A stretch of 64,000 nt of DNA from Eledone cirrhosa (GCA_964016885.1 OZ024744.1:69440001-69504000), one strand, 5' to 3'. Shown: positions 26,398 through 40,600, numbered from the stretch's first letter. Notes: generated from the sequence alone by a model not told the origin. Numbers and translations are program-made.

Positions 26398-26627
26398 AGG
26401 CGTGTGGCTGAGTGGTTAGAGAATTGGATTCGCAATCGTAAGGTTGTAAGTTCGATTCCTGGACCAGGCGATGCGTTATGTCCTTGAGCAAGACACTTTA
26501 TTTCACGTTGCTCCTTCTACCTGGAGTTGCGACCGATAGATAGTATTAGCAATTGGAAAGACCAACGGAAACATTGTTCCCTCGGTCCGATTTGACGAAA
26601 GTCGATCGTCCTAAAAAAAAAAAAAAA
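26398..26627 (+). mobile_element. Full-length tRNA-derived SINE with A-rich tail
   Basis: A box TGGCTGAGTGG, B box GTTCGATTCC, GTCCTTGAGCAAGACACTTTA body, poly(A). Confidence 0.85.
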
Positions 26628-26874
26628 ATATATATATATGTACATACTACAGCCGCATCAGTCCACATTTTTCAGTCTCCAACTTGACTTTGCCATATTT
26701 TCCCAACTGTCATTTATAGTTATTGACTATTATTTTTATAGTCATTTACGTTGAGATGACTACATTTCAAATGTTCCCAATGTTTCATAAGTCAACTGTG
26801 TGTTTATACTTCTAGCTACGGGCTTAAACTTTTCTAGAATACGGGAGTCTTAGCTTAATGGTGAATGTTCTCAA

Positions 26875-26962
26875 CCTTCTTCTTCTTCTTCTTCTTCTTC
26901 TTCTTCTTCTTCTTCTTCTTCTTCTTCTTCTTCTTCTTCTCCCCCTCCTCCTCCTCCTCCTC
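26875..26962. repeat. (CTT)n/(CCT)n microsatellite
   Basis: Direct reading. Confidence 0.9.
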
Positions 26963-27675
26963 ACCCTCCCTCACCCCTCACCCCCTCACCCATCTTCTGA
27001 GACAGCTGCAATTGTGTGATATCCCTTAGATGTTGCAACCAGCTCATAGTAGTGGGATTATCGTATGTGAGATCCACACATTCAGGGGGGGGGGGGGGGC
27101 GGCGACGACGACGACGACGAAGATCCGGACACTGACTTAGTATATGTACTGCAGTCACACTGGCAAACTGCTGACGGGCGCAGCCCCCCCCCCCCCGGCT
27201 GTGTCTGACTGCATTGAATCGTCCCACACTTGTGCGCAGCCAATTGAGACACACCTACCTCCTCCATGAGATGTTATGTTAGCACTTGTTTGCAGAGCAG
27301 TATTGGTATCAATATTCAGTTGCACCGGTCGAGATGCCTGTTGACCGCTAGCTCTCCAAGTCTGAAGCATGTTGAAAATTGAGTCTCACAGTTTTGCTGT
27401 GTGACGAGAGAAAGAGCGGCGTGAGATCATGCGATGTTGGTCTAGTAGCTGAGAATCTTCAGCCATGTCATGGAGTGGATAACTTAGATCTATTGGGGCT
27501 TAGATTATCAACCTATGTGTGTGTGTGTTGCTCTCTACGAAGAGATGCATGGGCAATAACTGAGAGCACAGGTAGATACTCAGTTGTTGTATGACGGAGA
27601 CAACCTGTGATAAACCTTAAGGTCACTGTATTTGTAGTTATAGTAATTTACGTTAATACGCATATGTTTCACAAT

Positions 27676-27677
<2 letters not shown>

Positions 27678-27761
<84 letters not shown>
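27678..27761. repeat. (TG)n microsatellite
   Basis: Direct reading. Confidence 0.95.
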
Positions 27762-27764
<3 letters not shown>

Positions 27765-29399
27765 ACCCACACTGACCGAGACAGTCCATCTAAGTGAGAT
27801 CTGTTATGACTGAGAGTGTCTAATGACTCAACAAGTAGTCAGTTATATAACTATGTCTATCCATCTTGTATATATTGATCTCCTATAATTTAGGATTTGA
27901 AATATGTGGTCGGTATTTCAAAAATATTAACAAGAAGATTTGCTGAGGAAGCTTTATCTTATACAATTGAGTAAGGAACACATAGACAACCTCTAATATA
28001 AATTCGTTTTAAGACGGAGTTAAGTAATTAGAAGGAGATTTTGCTGCTATTTTTTGCACGTCAAGCAACCTCAAAGATCGACTTCTTTGTTGATTGCTGA
28101 GTGCTGGTTCGACGTTTTTGATCGTCTGGTGAACGTGTAGGATCCATTCTTAAAATGTTTTCGATATATGAATTGGTCAAGTGACTTCATAATTGTTTTC
28201 CTACTAGAATAATTCGACCATTTGATTTCATTAAAAGTCCCCGGCTAGCTTGTCGGTCTCCTATTTTAATAATAGTATAAGAAGAAATTTAAGTATTACA
28301 TAAAGCAGAAAAAGTGATGACATAAACTATCATTTCTTTGTTCTGAAATGGAGAGTTAAAAAGAATAAGAGTTCTTATGAAATCTCTGACCTGCATTATC
28401 AAAATTCCGTAACCTTTATGTGTAGTTATCTAAATTATTCAAAATCTTTCAGAAGCTAATTTTGCCTTTTCATTCTAACATGTTTATTGATGTCTACGTA
28501 GATATCATGTGTGTTACAACTCAGCTGTTGATATAGTTTTTTTTCTTCTTTTTTCTTCTTTTTTTCTTCTTTTTTTTTTCTTTTTTTTTTCTTAATTAAT
28601 GCAAATTCAGAAACATGCCGAACGCTGAATCTAAAGGCCAGTGACCAGAACTACCTAAAATACAATAACAACAAAAATTAATTAAAAAAAAAATAACAGA
28701 TTATGTTATTGAAATTAAAAATAGTGCGCAAAAAATCACGAAAATATTGTACTATGTATAAAATATATTGTCAAAATTTATATATCTATATATTACCGAT
28801 GTTCACATGATGTAAAAATAAAATTATTTCATAGTTGTTTTATATTTACGCATTCCATTTTTATTTCAATAGTTGAATGTTACTTTTAATATTAATAGTA
28901 TCATTTTTTTTCTAAATTCCCCATGATATTTTTGTCTGGAATTCGCCTGTGTTGAGTATTTTTTCCTGCTGTCACCAGATACCAAAAATAGACAGTCAAA
29001 TGAATGGGATATGACAAAGAAAAGACCCCCCCCCCCAAAAAAAAACATGGCAGCAAAAATTCAATACGTGTAAAGAGAACATCAAGAATTTACATTTACT
29101 TTACTCTATATTTACTAATGTATTTTCACGGTAAATACTTTATTTCACATAATTATCCCACATCATACCGAATCTAACGAGATTTTGGTATTATCTAATT
29201 TGAGAACAATACTTTAACATAAGTATGAGTGGCAGGCTTACAGCTAGTTTGAACAGAAAGAGATGAGAGCTTTCTGGCCGGATATGGCTGGTTTAAACAC
29301 TGAAGGGTTAAAATAAAGCGAACGTATTGAGACATCACAAGAAAGACTGAGATGGCAAATCCATGGGATTCAACATGCTGTGATTGGTTGATACTTTAT

Positions 29400-30482
29400 A
29401 ATGATGATGGTGGTGGTGGTGGTGGTGATGATGGTGGTGATGATGGTGATGGTGGTGATGGTGATGATTGTAGTGGTGGTTGTGGTGGTGGTGGTGGTGG
29501 TGGTGGTGGTGGTGATGATGGTGATGATGGTGATAATGGTGATGGTGATGATTGTAGTGGTGGTTGTGGTGGTGGTGATGGTGATGATGGTGATGATGAT
29601 GGAGGTGGTGGTGGTGGCGGTGGTGGTGGTGGTGATGGTGGTGATGGAGGTGGTGGTGGTGATGGTGATGATGGTGATGGTGATGATAGTGATGATTGTA
29701 GTGGTGGTTGTGGTGGTGGTGATGGTAATGATGGTGATGATGATGGAGGTGGTGGTGGTGGCGGTGGTGGTGGTGGTGATGGTGGTGATGGAGGTGGTGG
29801 TGGTGATGGTGATGATGGTGATGGTGATGATGGTGATGATTGTAGTGGTGGTTGTGGTGGTGGTGATGGTGATGATGGTGATGATGATGGAGGTGGTGGT
29901 GGTGGCGGTGGTGGTGGTGGTGATGGTGGTGATGGAGGTGGTGGTGGTGATGGTGATGATGGTGATGGTGATGATAGTGATGATTGTAGTGGTGGTTGTG
30001 GTGGTGGTGATGGTGATGATGGTGATGATGATGGAGGTGGTGGTGGTGGCGGTGATGTGGGGGCGATCATGGTGAGGATGATGATGGTGGTGGTGGTGGT
30101 GATGATGGCGGTGATGAGGGGTGATGATAGTGGTGGTGATGGTGATGATAATGATGGTGGTGGTGGTGGTGATGTGGGGGGCGATCATGGTGAGGAGGAT
30201 GGTGGTGGTGGTGGCGGTGATGAGGGTGATGGTGATAATGGTGATGGTGGTGATGATGATGATGGTGATGGTGGTGGTGGTGGTGTTGGCGTTGCTGAGA
30301 GTGATGATGAGGATGGTGACGGTGGTGATGATGAGGATGATGACGGTGGTGGTGGTGGTGGTGGTGGTCGGGATGGTGGTGGTCGCGCGGGTGGTGATGA
30401 TGATAATGGTGATGATGATGATGATGGTGGGGTGATGCTGATGGTGATAATGAAGATGGGGGTGATGATGATGGTAGTAATA

Positions 30483-30544
<62 letters not shown>

Positions 30545-30661
30545 GATGATGACGACGACGACGACGACGACGATGGTGATAATGATGGTGGGGGTGATGA
30601 TGATGATTACGTGAGTGATGACGGTGGGGTGATGACGGTGGAGTGATGATGACGAGGGTGG

Positions 30662-30700
<39 letters not shown>

Positions 30701-30752
30701 GGAGGAGGAGGAGGAGGAGGTGGATGGTGTTGATGGTGATGATGGTGATGAT
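29400..30752. repeat. (GGT/GAT)n complex trinucleotide array with a 144-bp higher-order unit
   Basis: Marker ATTGTAGTGG at 29551, 29695, 29839 and 29983. Confidence 0.9.
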
Positions 30753-30842
30753 CTTCGACGATCCAATCACTAATACATTCCACTCATTCATTATCTTACA
30801 AATGTGATGTTTCTTCTCTGTAAACTCTTCCAATAACTATTA

Positions 30843-31245
30843 TTCGGGGGATTGGCAGTGTCGGTAGAGAGTCGGTCGTCATGCTTTCCAGCATAAAGTT
30901 ACGTCCCTTTACGGACTGAGTTCAAATCCCGCCGAGGTTAACTTTGCCTTTCATCTTTACGGGGGTCGATAAAATAAAGTACCAGTAATGTACTGGGGTA
31001 ATTGCTGGCCTTGTGCCAAAAGTAGAAACAATTATTAGCATTAGGGCGGTGGATTGGCAGTATCGGTAGAGGATCGGATGCCATGCTTTGCAGCAAAGAA
31101 TTACGACCCCTTTATGATCTGAATTCAAATCCCGTCGAGGTAAACTTTGCCTTTCATCCTTACGGGGGTCGATAAAATAAAGTACCAGGAATCTACTGGA
31201 AATAATTGCTGGCCTTGTGTGTCAAAAAGTAGAAACAATTATTAT
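30843..31245 (+). mobile_element. Two tandem tRNA-derived SINEs (30843-31037, 31044-31245) with ATT tails
   Basis: Each has a B box (GTTCAAATCC / ATTCAAATCC), a GCCTTTCATC..GGGGTCGATAAAATAAAGTACC core and a GGCCTTGTG..AGTAGAAACAATTATT end. Confidence 0.85.
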
Positions 31246-31732
31246 AACGGCCGGCTCTTCTTTCTTGAACTACGGCGTCAACTGTGCCGACTCAACACAT
31301 CTGTCTCGCCTTTAGCTGTCACTGTTATACTGTGTGTGACCTGTGACCTATTTCAGACGTCATAAAAGCTAGAAGACTCGGTCTCATATAGGTCACTTAT
31401 AGCAAAGAGAAAAGACAGAAGTATTACAATAGTTACTGCTAATGGGAAACCACACATTGTAGAAGAAAAAAGATATCTCGGTCTCATGCTACGCTACTGG
31501 AGGAGGTTTGTAAAGACAGGAATTGTAGAAAGAATAAACTCGCGGAAGCCTATCCTGGATAGGGATAAATGTACTAGTATAATTATCAATGTTGTCTCAG
31601 GAAATTCGACATGGTAATGATGATGATGATGATGATGGTGGTGGTAGTGCTGATGGTTATGATGATGATATGGAGGAGGGTGAGAAGGATGATGATGATG
31701 AGGAGGAGGAGGTGGAGGTGGAGGGGGAGGGG

Positions 31733-31777
<45 letters not shown>

Positions 31778-32077
31778 TAATAATAATAATAATAATAATG
31801 ATTTCATTTATTAGCCACCAGGGCCGACATGTAGGGGACAATACAAAGACAGGGACAGTGAGGGTTTACAATAAGGTGGAGTAAAAGTGCACAATGGCAA
31901 GACTAATTTAACAATGAAAATATAAAAATATAAAATAAACTATGCATAAATATAACAAAATAAATTCCCCGAGAGGGGGTGTACGACCCTGGGGTGCTTC
32001 AGGTACCCCACCAATCCTGAACCACCCTGCGCTTCTAGGGCACCTAGAGAGAGCACCCTCTCCTCAAGTTAGCTAGC

Positions 32078-35000
32078 CTATAGGCGCATGGTCAGAGTAG
32101 GCCCATTCACACGAGCCATTCTCGCCACATTCACCCACCTTTTAGCAAATGTAGTGGGGGGCAGCACTTCTCTCTCCACCCTCACCTTCCTTTGCAGGTG
32201 AAACTTGAAGAAGTTGATGAGGGATTGGCCGAAGAGAAAAGTGTCTGTCTTTAGTCCTTTCAACCTGGTCCACCATATAATCTCTTTCGCAACTGCCACC
32301 AGACAGAGGAAAATTTCCTGCTCTTCCTGACCTAAGGAAGGCGGTGGATCGATCTTCACTATGGACTCGGCCGATAGCCGGATTCGTTCCACACGCGACA
32401 GTAGCTGTTCGACATAACTCCACAAGTCAGTAATGCACGGACATTGGACAAGTGCGTGCATTGGGCAGGTCCGTCTGACAGCACTTCCGTGCCTGTAGAG
32501 TTTATCCCGAACCGGCAGTGCCCCCCGGTAGCACTGCCAAGCGAGGGATTTCTGGAAATTGTCCATCATCCCCGGCTCAAAAGTCCTCCGGTACAGACTG
32601 GTCAGTTCGACTTCGTCGAGGCCCAAAACTTCTCCGAGTGCGTCATCGCACTTGCCCACCACTAATCCTCTATAGAACTCGAGAGTGGAAGTTCCACTGA
32701 TCGCATTGTCCGCTTGGTAGAGGGCAGTGAGTGCCTGGCAACATTCCAGGTGCCAGTCAGCCAGTCTCGGTCTCTTCTTGACCTAGGACTGCAGCTCAGT
32801 CAAAGAAATGAGCTGCGGAAAGGCCCGTCTGATAAACGGCGACGACACCTGTTCACCGTTGAGGCAGAATATCTGGAGATGTCGCAGCCTCAACGCATGT
32901 CTGCGCATCATTAGCCACGGCATGCCCAGCCCTCCGCGTAGAGGGTGCTGGCAGCAGATGGACCGCCTCACCAACGGAACTTGTCCCCTCCACAAGAATT
33001 TGAAGAGGAGCCGTTCCAGCTTGACGAGGCGCGGACGGGGGCAAGGCACGACGGTCAGGCGGTAGTAGATGACCTCCGCGCGACCTTTCAGTGATAGCTT
33101 CCTCCCAGCCCATTTTTGGGTGAGACTGGCTACTCTGCTCGTTACCTCGTCCCAATTCTTTTCCACCTGGAGGTCTGGTCCGAACCAAACCCCGAGCAAC
33201 TTTACCCGTCCGTCCAGCGCCCCACGACGCTGTTGGACGGCATGGGCTTGCCTCTCCAGGTTCCGACTTTTCCGGGTTAAGTTTGGCTCCTGTCAACCTT
33301 TCATATTCCTTCAATAAGGTGCCGACCACCTCGATTTCTGAGGTGTTCGACACCATCACGGTGATGTCGTCCGCATAAGCCGACACCGCCTTTCCACGTC
33401 CCGGTTCGAGCGGGATGCCCTGCAACAGCTCCAGCTTCCGCAGTAAAGGCTCGAGAGTCAATACGTACATAAGGGAAGAGAGAGGGCACCCTTAACGGAC
33501 CGATCGAGAGAGCCGAAATGGTTCCGAGAGGTGGCCATTAACGTTGACCACCGAGAATGTGTCGCTGTGCATTGCAACGATCCAGCTTCTAAAGACAGAG
33601 CCGAAGCCAGCTGCTTTGAGGACAAACTCCAGATACCGATGGTCGACCATATCGAATGCTTTCGATTGATCTAAATTGATCAGTGCCCCACCGAAGCCAG
33701 GTTTACACCCAACCCTCTCTATGATGTATCGCATGAGGTGGAGATTGTCGTATATGGACCTGGCTGGGATTGCGCAAGTTTGCGCCTCCCCAACCAAATC
33801 CTCGACGACAAGCGCCAATCTCTTTGCTAACACCTTGGCCAAAATCTTAAACTCTGTGTTGAGCAGAGTTATGGGCCTGAAGTTGTCTAATGTATCCCTC
33901 TTGTTCTCGTCTTTCCTTATCAGCGTCACCACTCCCCTGCTCACAGAACTGGGAATACTCCCATTCTGCTGCCAGTTGCAGTAGAGTGCTTCGAGGAGTT
34001 CGGAGAACAAGCCTGGCATATTTACGTAAAGCTCGTAGGGCAGGTCATCCAAACCGGGTGACTTGCGCCTCATGCAGCCGACAAGGGCGTCCTGAATTTC
34101 GGCTGAAGTAATCGGCCTTTCGCAGCGCTCAGCGTCGACCGTCGAGATGCGCGGCAAGCCGTCAAGGTAGGGACTGAAATCCGCTACTCTCTCTGACTCA
34201 CCACTCTCTCTGAACAACCGAGCAAAGTGTTGGCGAAAGGCCTCACACATCCGCTTGGAATCGCTTATCTCGTGTCCGTCTCGGTCGGCCAAAGACCGAA
34301 TCGTGGTTTTATTACCACGCTGCGCCTCCGCCACGCGGGCCCATCGAACAGCTTTAGTTCCCTCGTTTCTCAGCGCACGCGCCTTAGCTCTGACAATGCA
34401 ACATTCGTGTTTGGCATTGAAGAAATGGTCTAATGCCATTCTCACCACTAGCACGTCAGTTGCAATGCCACTACAAATAGCCTCGTCTAACTTATCAACC
34501 AGCTCCCCCTACTTTCTATTTTTCTCTAACGCTAGTTCTTTGCTGAACTCTATCGAAGTTACGCTAATTTCTCTTTTGAGAGCCACCCACCATCTGTTGT
34601 TGATGATCCCCCCCCCCCGTCAACTTTTGCTTAACTAAATTGTTGACTCGGTCCCTGTAAGCCTTACGTGCCGGAAATGACATGTTTAGCTTCCAGTAAC
34701 CCGGTCCCAACCTACGCGTTTTATTTAGGTCGACCGTACAGATCACAAATTTGTGATCTGAATAGGCGACCGTTTTAAAAAGTGGACAACCAACACTATT
34801 TCTATTTATTTTCCTAATGAAGATCCTGTCTATATACAATCTAGATGACCCCATTCGGTTGGTCCATGTCCATACTGGCACATTGGGGAAATCTAGTCGA
34901 TACCTGTCAGACAGTTGGAACTGGCTGAGTAGGTGCTTGAGGCTTTTGCACCCCCCGCTCCTATCGGCTACTCCCACACAATCCCAGCGTGCGTCTAAGA

Positions 35001-35432
35001 TGCCGTTCCAGTCCCCCGCTAACAGTAGAGGGCGAGACGTACCCAGAAAGGTCTCCAGGCGCCTAAAGAGGTCAGGTCGTCCGGCCCCTGTAGGGGCGTA
35101 GACAGCCAGCAGTCTAAAGGCACCACCTTCGCTACTGCTCATATCCAAGACCACCAACTTACCGTCCGGGTCCCGGAAGATCGACCATACCTCGAGTCCA
35201 GTCCTTTCCTAAACAGCACTGCCACCTCACCCCCCATTCCCGGCCTGCTAACAGATGCGAAGATCTGATAGTCGTCGAAAATGGGGGCTAGTGCGCGCGT
35301 GTCGGAAATTCTGGTCTCGCTTACGGCAATCACATCCATTTCCAGCGACCGGAGGTCGTTGAGCAGGCGACCCTGCTTCCAGGGTGATCACAGGCCGCGA
35401 ACATTTAAACTTCCTACTCTTAATATGTCCAT
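32078..35432 (-). pseudogene. Tx1-like ORF2 (APE + RT), several frameshifts
   Basis: MDILRVGSLNVRGL, AVYAP, GDWN, YSDH, GYWKLN, RPITLLNTEFKILAK, LDQSKAFD, YADD, GGLGMP. Confidence 0.9.
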
Positions 35433-35463
35433 ATTGGTAAGCTAAGAGAGAGAGAGGGAAGGT

Positions 35464-37402
35464 TTACTTACCTCCCGGGTCTTGTGAAGGTCGGGTGGTT
35501 CGACCTCCATGGTTGGTGGGGTTTCTTTTGGGAACCCCTTTAAAAGTCTTGATGTGGGTTTCACATTCGGGGTTCCCACGTCTTGAGGAAAGCTCTCTCA
35601 AATTTCTTTGAAGGAATTGAGTGACATTCGGACCAGAAGCAAATCTTCTGGCACGCAAAATGTGCTCATTTCAAAAATCTCCCCCTCTGTTTGAATGTCC
35701 TCGCTTCGCGCTAAGAGGGCCATCAGTTTATCGTTGGCCCTTCTGACAAGCACGAAGTTTTTAACATTTTGTTGGTGTGGTTTTATTTGTTTTCCTTTTG
35801 GTGAAGGTGGTGGCGATGGTTTTGGTGGCGTTGTTTCGGGTATGTCTATGTTTGTTGTAGGTGTGGTGTCTGCAATTTCAGGTATTTGAGTGTTTATTTG
35901 TACTTGCGTTTGTTTAGGTTGTTTGCGTTTCGGGGATTGTGGAGGTGGTGTCGATATTGCTGTTGGTGATGATGTTATTGGGGAAGTGTTTGCGTTAGTG
36001 GTGTCTGTATTTTTTGTTCTGTGTGTTTTGTGTGTTGTTGGGGCTTTTTTTGTGAGTTTTCTCTGTTTTTTTGCACTTTTTGGTTTTCCTTCATCTTCGC
36101 TGCTGGAAGACAAAGGGTCTGTGTCTGTGAGTGTCTCTGTGTCTATGTGTGCGTTTATTGTTTTGTCTATGTGTATAATTGTGGGGGTAGGGGGAGTGGG
36201 AGAGCTTTTCTCGTTTTCTCCTTGGATTGGTTTTGGTGTTGGTGGTGATCCGGCTGCTTTTGATGTTTGTGTCCGTGTTTTTGTTGATGTTGTTTTTGGT
36301 GGTGGTGGTGGTGCAGCTTTCCGTGCTGACATTGGCGTTGGCAACAAAGGAGGTTTGCGACCCCCTGCATTTTTGAGCTGAGGGCAGAAGGCTTGAAGAT
36401 GCGTTGCTCCCCGCAGACGAAGCAGCGTGGCCTTCTTCCGCCAATCATTAGTTGGATTGTTATCCCGTCCTGCAGGCGGGCAAAATCCGGGATGTTATTC
36501 ATATCCTCCGGTTTCATTTGGAGAAGAATCTCCAAATCCATTCCGGACCAGTCCTCTCTCTCTGTCCTTTTGATGTCCAGGAGGGTAGTGTCTGTCCCCT
36601 CCTCGATTACGCTTCCCAGCAGCCACCATATGTTCATTCCTGGTGGGATGCTGGGAATGCGTACTTTCACTGTCCTTTTACCCATATAGGACGGATGCAT
36701 GATAATGCGTTCCGTTCTGCAGGGTGTCACCGAGTGCTTAATAGCGAGGGCCTCGGTTTTGAACAGTACCGAGATGGTACCGAACTGTTTGCCTCTTGCT
36801 TTGTACTCTATGTTACTTCCGATGTACTCCAACGCAGCCTCTACCTCTGCTTGGCTCGGAAGTTCCACTTTTCGTGTCTGCACCGAAATACATCGAAATA
36901 ACACCGTCCTTCTTTGCATGGCCGCCATTGCCTCGTCCGGGATCGTCAGGTTTTCCCAGGACTTCTCCCGTTTAATTAGCCTCCACGCTTTGGCGAACTG
37001 TTCGTCTTTATCGCTAATATCAATATCAATATTTAATAAGCGCTTTGTTTTTGCTGCTGCTGCAGCAAATGTGGTGTTTCTGATGCTCTTATTGTTGTTG
37101 TTGTCATTCTTGCTGTTGTTATTGGTGTTGCCACCGCCATCCTTGTTTACATTGAAGCTGTCGGTGTTATTGTCGTTATTGCTCTGAGTTGTTGTTGTGG
37201 TGGTGGTGGTGATGTCGTTTTCAGATGATACTGCTGCTATCGCAGAAGGTTGTGATGTTAGCTTTTGAGTTATGCCTTCACATTCAGTAGAGTGGATGAC
37301 AGACATGACTGTAGCCGTCGTAGTCGTGGTGAAATCTACAGTGGCTGCCGTTAAACTTTTGACCTGAACGTTGTTTACCGTTTCAAGGTCGAAAATTTCC
37401 AT
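35464..37402 (-). pseudogene. Tx1-like ORF1 (gag-like), frameshifted within the zinc knuckle
   Basis: Low-complexity N-terminus, TFAAAA motif, CFVCGEQ/HLQAFCP split by a frameshift near 36400, Pro/Thr/Lys-rich tail. Confidence 0.75.
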
Positions 37403-37630
37403 AATTTTCTTTTGGTGGGGAAGTGATTTTTTTCGAAGTTTTTAAAAATAAATCTGAATATTCGGGCTTAAAGCCCGAATATTGAGAGGTATCCCTCTCT
37501 TTAAATCAAGATGTGTACCTTAAGTTTCGTTAATGACAAGAAAATACAAAAAATGACACTTTAAAACAGCTTAAAGTTACGAACCTTTTCCCCCGCAGAT
37601 TTGTACTGTCTTCACACATGTGCGGCCATA

Positions 37631-37695
<65 letters not shown>

Positions 37696-40600
37696 GGGAA
37701 GAAGACGCACGAGGTGACGGAGGTCATGAAATCGCTCCCGTAAGTTTTGAATTTTTAACATATTTAAATCATTTGTGAAATAACAACTCTTAGTACAAAT
37801 GCTACGTAAAGCACCCGGCTTGAGCCCCAAAAAATTCGGACCCAAAATATATTGTTATAAGGCTCAAATATTCAAATATTCAACTTTGTATTGTACACTG
37901 TATATCCAAAAAAAAAAATGGCTATAAATGGAAGAAGAAGAACCCCCCCCCCTCCTCTCCTCTGGCTACACTATATAGGACAGCTAAACTCACCAACACC
38001 AGAAACTAGATACACCACCCACCCCATCATCTGTGTACACTAAACGCACCAGCATTTTCACCTTCACCACCACCGCTCACTACGGCCATCATTACCACCA
38101 CTATCCCATCACCGCCGCCACCACCCCTTGACTCCTTCACTGCTGCTGCCACCGCTACAGCACCATCACTACAGTAATACGGTCGCATCACCGCCACCAC
38201 TGCCTCGGTATCGACATCACCACCACCACTGTCTCAGTATCGCTACCGCCGCCAGTCTCCCACTTCCCCCTGCTGGCTGCTACTTCCACATTATAGAATT
38301 CCTACTACTAACAAAGAGGAAGGCATCAAAATATATAGATAGACTCAAAAGAAAAAAGAAAAAACAAACAACAAAACCAAAGCAGCACAGCAACAACAGC
38401 AAAAAACGAGAAAAACAAACAGAGAAAAACAAAAACAAAAAAAGAAACCCCCAAAACGTAAAGAAAATAAGAATGAAGAGAGAAGCAGGCGGACGGACAG
38501 AGAAGAGGGGGGGGGGGGAAGTAAAACTTAAAAAACAAAAACTAAGTCAGACATTCGAATACTACATTACAATGAAACTTATGCTTATTCATTTTTGGGG
38601 CCCTTTCTGCCCGTGTGTTTGTTTGTTTGTGTGTTCGTATACAGCGTGGTGATAATGCCACACAAGGGCCAAGTGGGATGGCGGATCCACAGATGGCTAT
38701 GTAAACATACATTCGCCAATCCTCGATAAGAGTGTTTAAATATCGAACATAAACAGTTCGAATAACGGTGAAATGGAGACTAGAACGTCATGTGACAGAC
38801 TCTCACCCAACAGGTGCCCCCTGGCTCAGCAGCAGGAACCTGACTGTCAACCAAATACTGCTGATGTTGGAGGAAGAAGAAGAAGGAAAGGGGCCAGAAC
38901 CAACTGGACGAAAGAATTGAATAGAACTGTTATGCAATGCTACCTGAAAAGTAACCCCAAGGAGAGGGGCTACAGGAGACGGATGCATAACATCTGGAAC
39001 GAGATTGGTTTATTTAAATTAGATGAACAAAAATTGGCCGGGCAGGCTCGGGTAATAAGAACTAATGGGTGGATAAGCGAGCTGGAACTGGAGGAACTGA
39101 GCAGAGAGAATGGCTTGGAGATGGCGGGTGTAGTATGCCAGACAAGCGAGCCGGCGGGAAATGAAGGTGAGGAGGTCCTGAGAACGGAGGAACCACCCGA
39201 AGCAGACAATGATCTGAATACTGAGATAAATAATACCTGGAACAGAGATACGGCCACTGAGGAGATGAATGCTGACGGGCTAGGACAAGATTCGGTTGAC
39301 ATCCTAAATTTAGTGGTAGATGAGTTGAACAATGATAGTGGGAGACCTATGAACCTAAGATTTGTAGACAGGAAAAAGTTAAAAGAAACAACAGCTAAGG
39401 TAAACAAAGTCATCCCATACCTTGAGGCGAGGAGTCTTCACCAGCGCAACAATATCCTCAAAGCAACAGCAAATACGGTGAGGAAACTACTTGGTATAAA
39501 AGCGAGAGGAAACAACAGACAAGAAAGAGCAGAGCCGTGGTGGAAGAAGCGACTGAGTGGGCAAATCGGGGAAATGAGAAATGACATAGGAAAGCTTGAG
39601 TCACTACTGAATGGGACACTAAAAAACATAGGCACTAAAAATAGACTGGAAATAAAATACAAAACTAGGAGTAAAAAGCTAAATATTATCATAGAGGAAT
39701 TGAAGCAACGCATTGTAGCAAAGAGTGCCAAAATCAGGCGATACGAGAACAGAGTCAGTCAGTATAAACAGAACCGCATGTTCGACAACAACCAGAAGAT
39801 GCTGTTTGGACAGCTTGAGGGGAAAGAAAGAGGCAACGACTTGATCCCTGGGGCGGAAGAAGCTAAAACATTCTGGAGAGGAATATGGGAGCAGGATGTT
39901 AGACACAATGCACAGGCAGGGTGGATTGAGACAGTACAGAGGGAGATCGGTGAGCAGGCACAACAACAGACTGATTTGAGTATCACAGTTGAAACTCTTA
40001 AGGGGCAAGCCAAAAAACTAACCAACTGGAAATCACCAGGCCCAGATGGTGTGCAGGAGTATTGGATTAAACATTTAACATCCCTCCACCCGAAGCTGAC
40101 GGCCATGTTCAATGACTGCTTGGTGTCGGGTGAGGTGCCAGAGTGGTTGACAAAAGGTACCACAGTTCTGATAATGAAAGACCGAATCAGGGGTAATGAT
40201 GTTACCAACTATAGACCTATCACATGTCTGCCCGTAATGTGGAAACTGTTGACGAGCATTGTGTCTGAGGAAATCTACCATCACCTCCACACAAACAACT
40301 TGTTACCGGACGAACAGAAAGGATGCCGAAAGAAGTCACGTGGTACAAAGGACCAGTTGCTTATTGATAAGATGGTAATGGGGAATTGCAGGAGGAGACA
40401 CACTGATCTTGCCATGGGATGGATAGACTACAGAAAGGCATTTGACATGGTGCCTCATTCCTGGATCACCAAAAGCCTGGAGATCTTCAGGGTGGCAGAT
40501 AACATCAGACAGTTGCTGGGCAGGAGTATGGGGTCCTGGGAGACAGAGTTGACATCAACTGGAGTATCCTTGGGAAGCGTGAAGATCAAGAGAGGTATCT

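Larger units (their letters stand above)
31800..37627 (-). mobile_element. Tx1-like LINE copy A, full length, frameshifted
   Basis: Two-ORF structure; the 5' end GGCCGCACATGTG follows (TTA)n; the 3' end has AATAAA then (ATT)n. Confidence 0.9.

Noticed and set aside
26398-26470. Functional tRNA gene
   Set aside because: Continues into a SINE body and poly(A); a second dispersed copy is present
27422-27443. TGAGATCAT bantam-like miRNA start
   Set aside because: Only 9 nt match and no pre-miRNA hairpin
29100-29310. piggyBac-like MITE end (..GAAGGGTTAA)
   Set aside because: Only one terminus is recognisable; no matching TTAACCC end found
29352-30614. 420-aa Gly/Asp-rich ORF resembling a biomineral matrix protein
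   Set aside because: Trinucleotide array open in several frames; no signal peptide or other gene evidence
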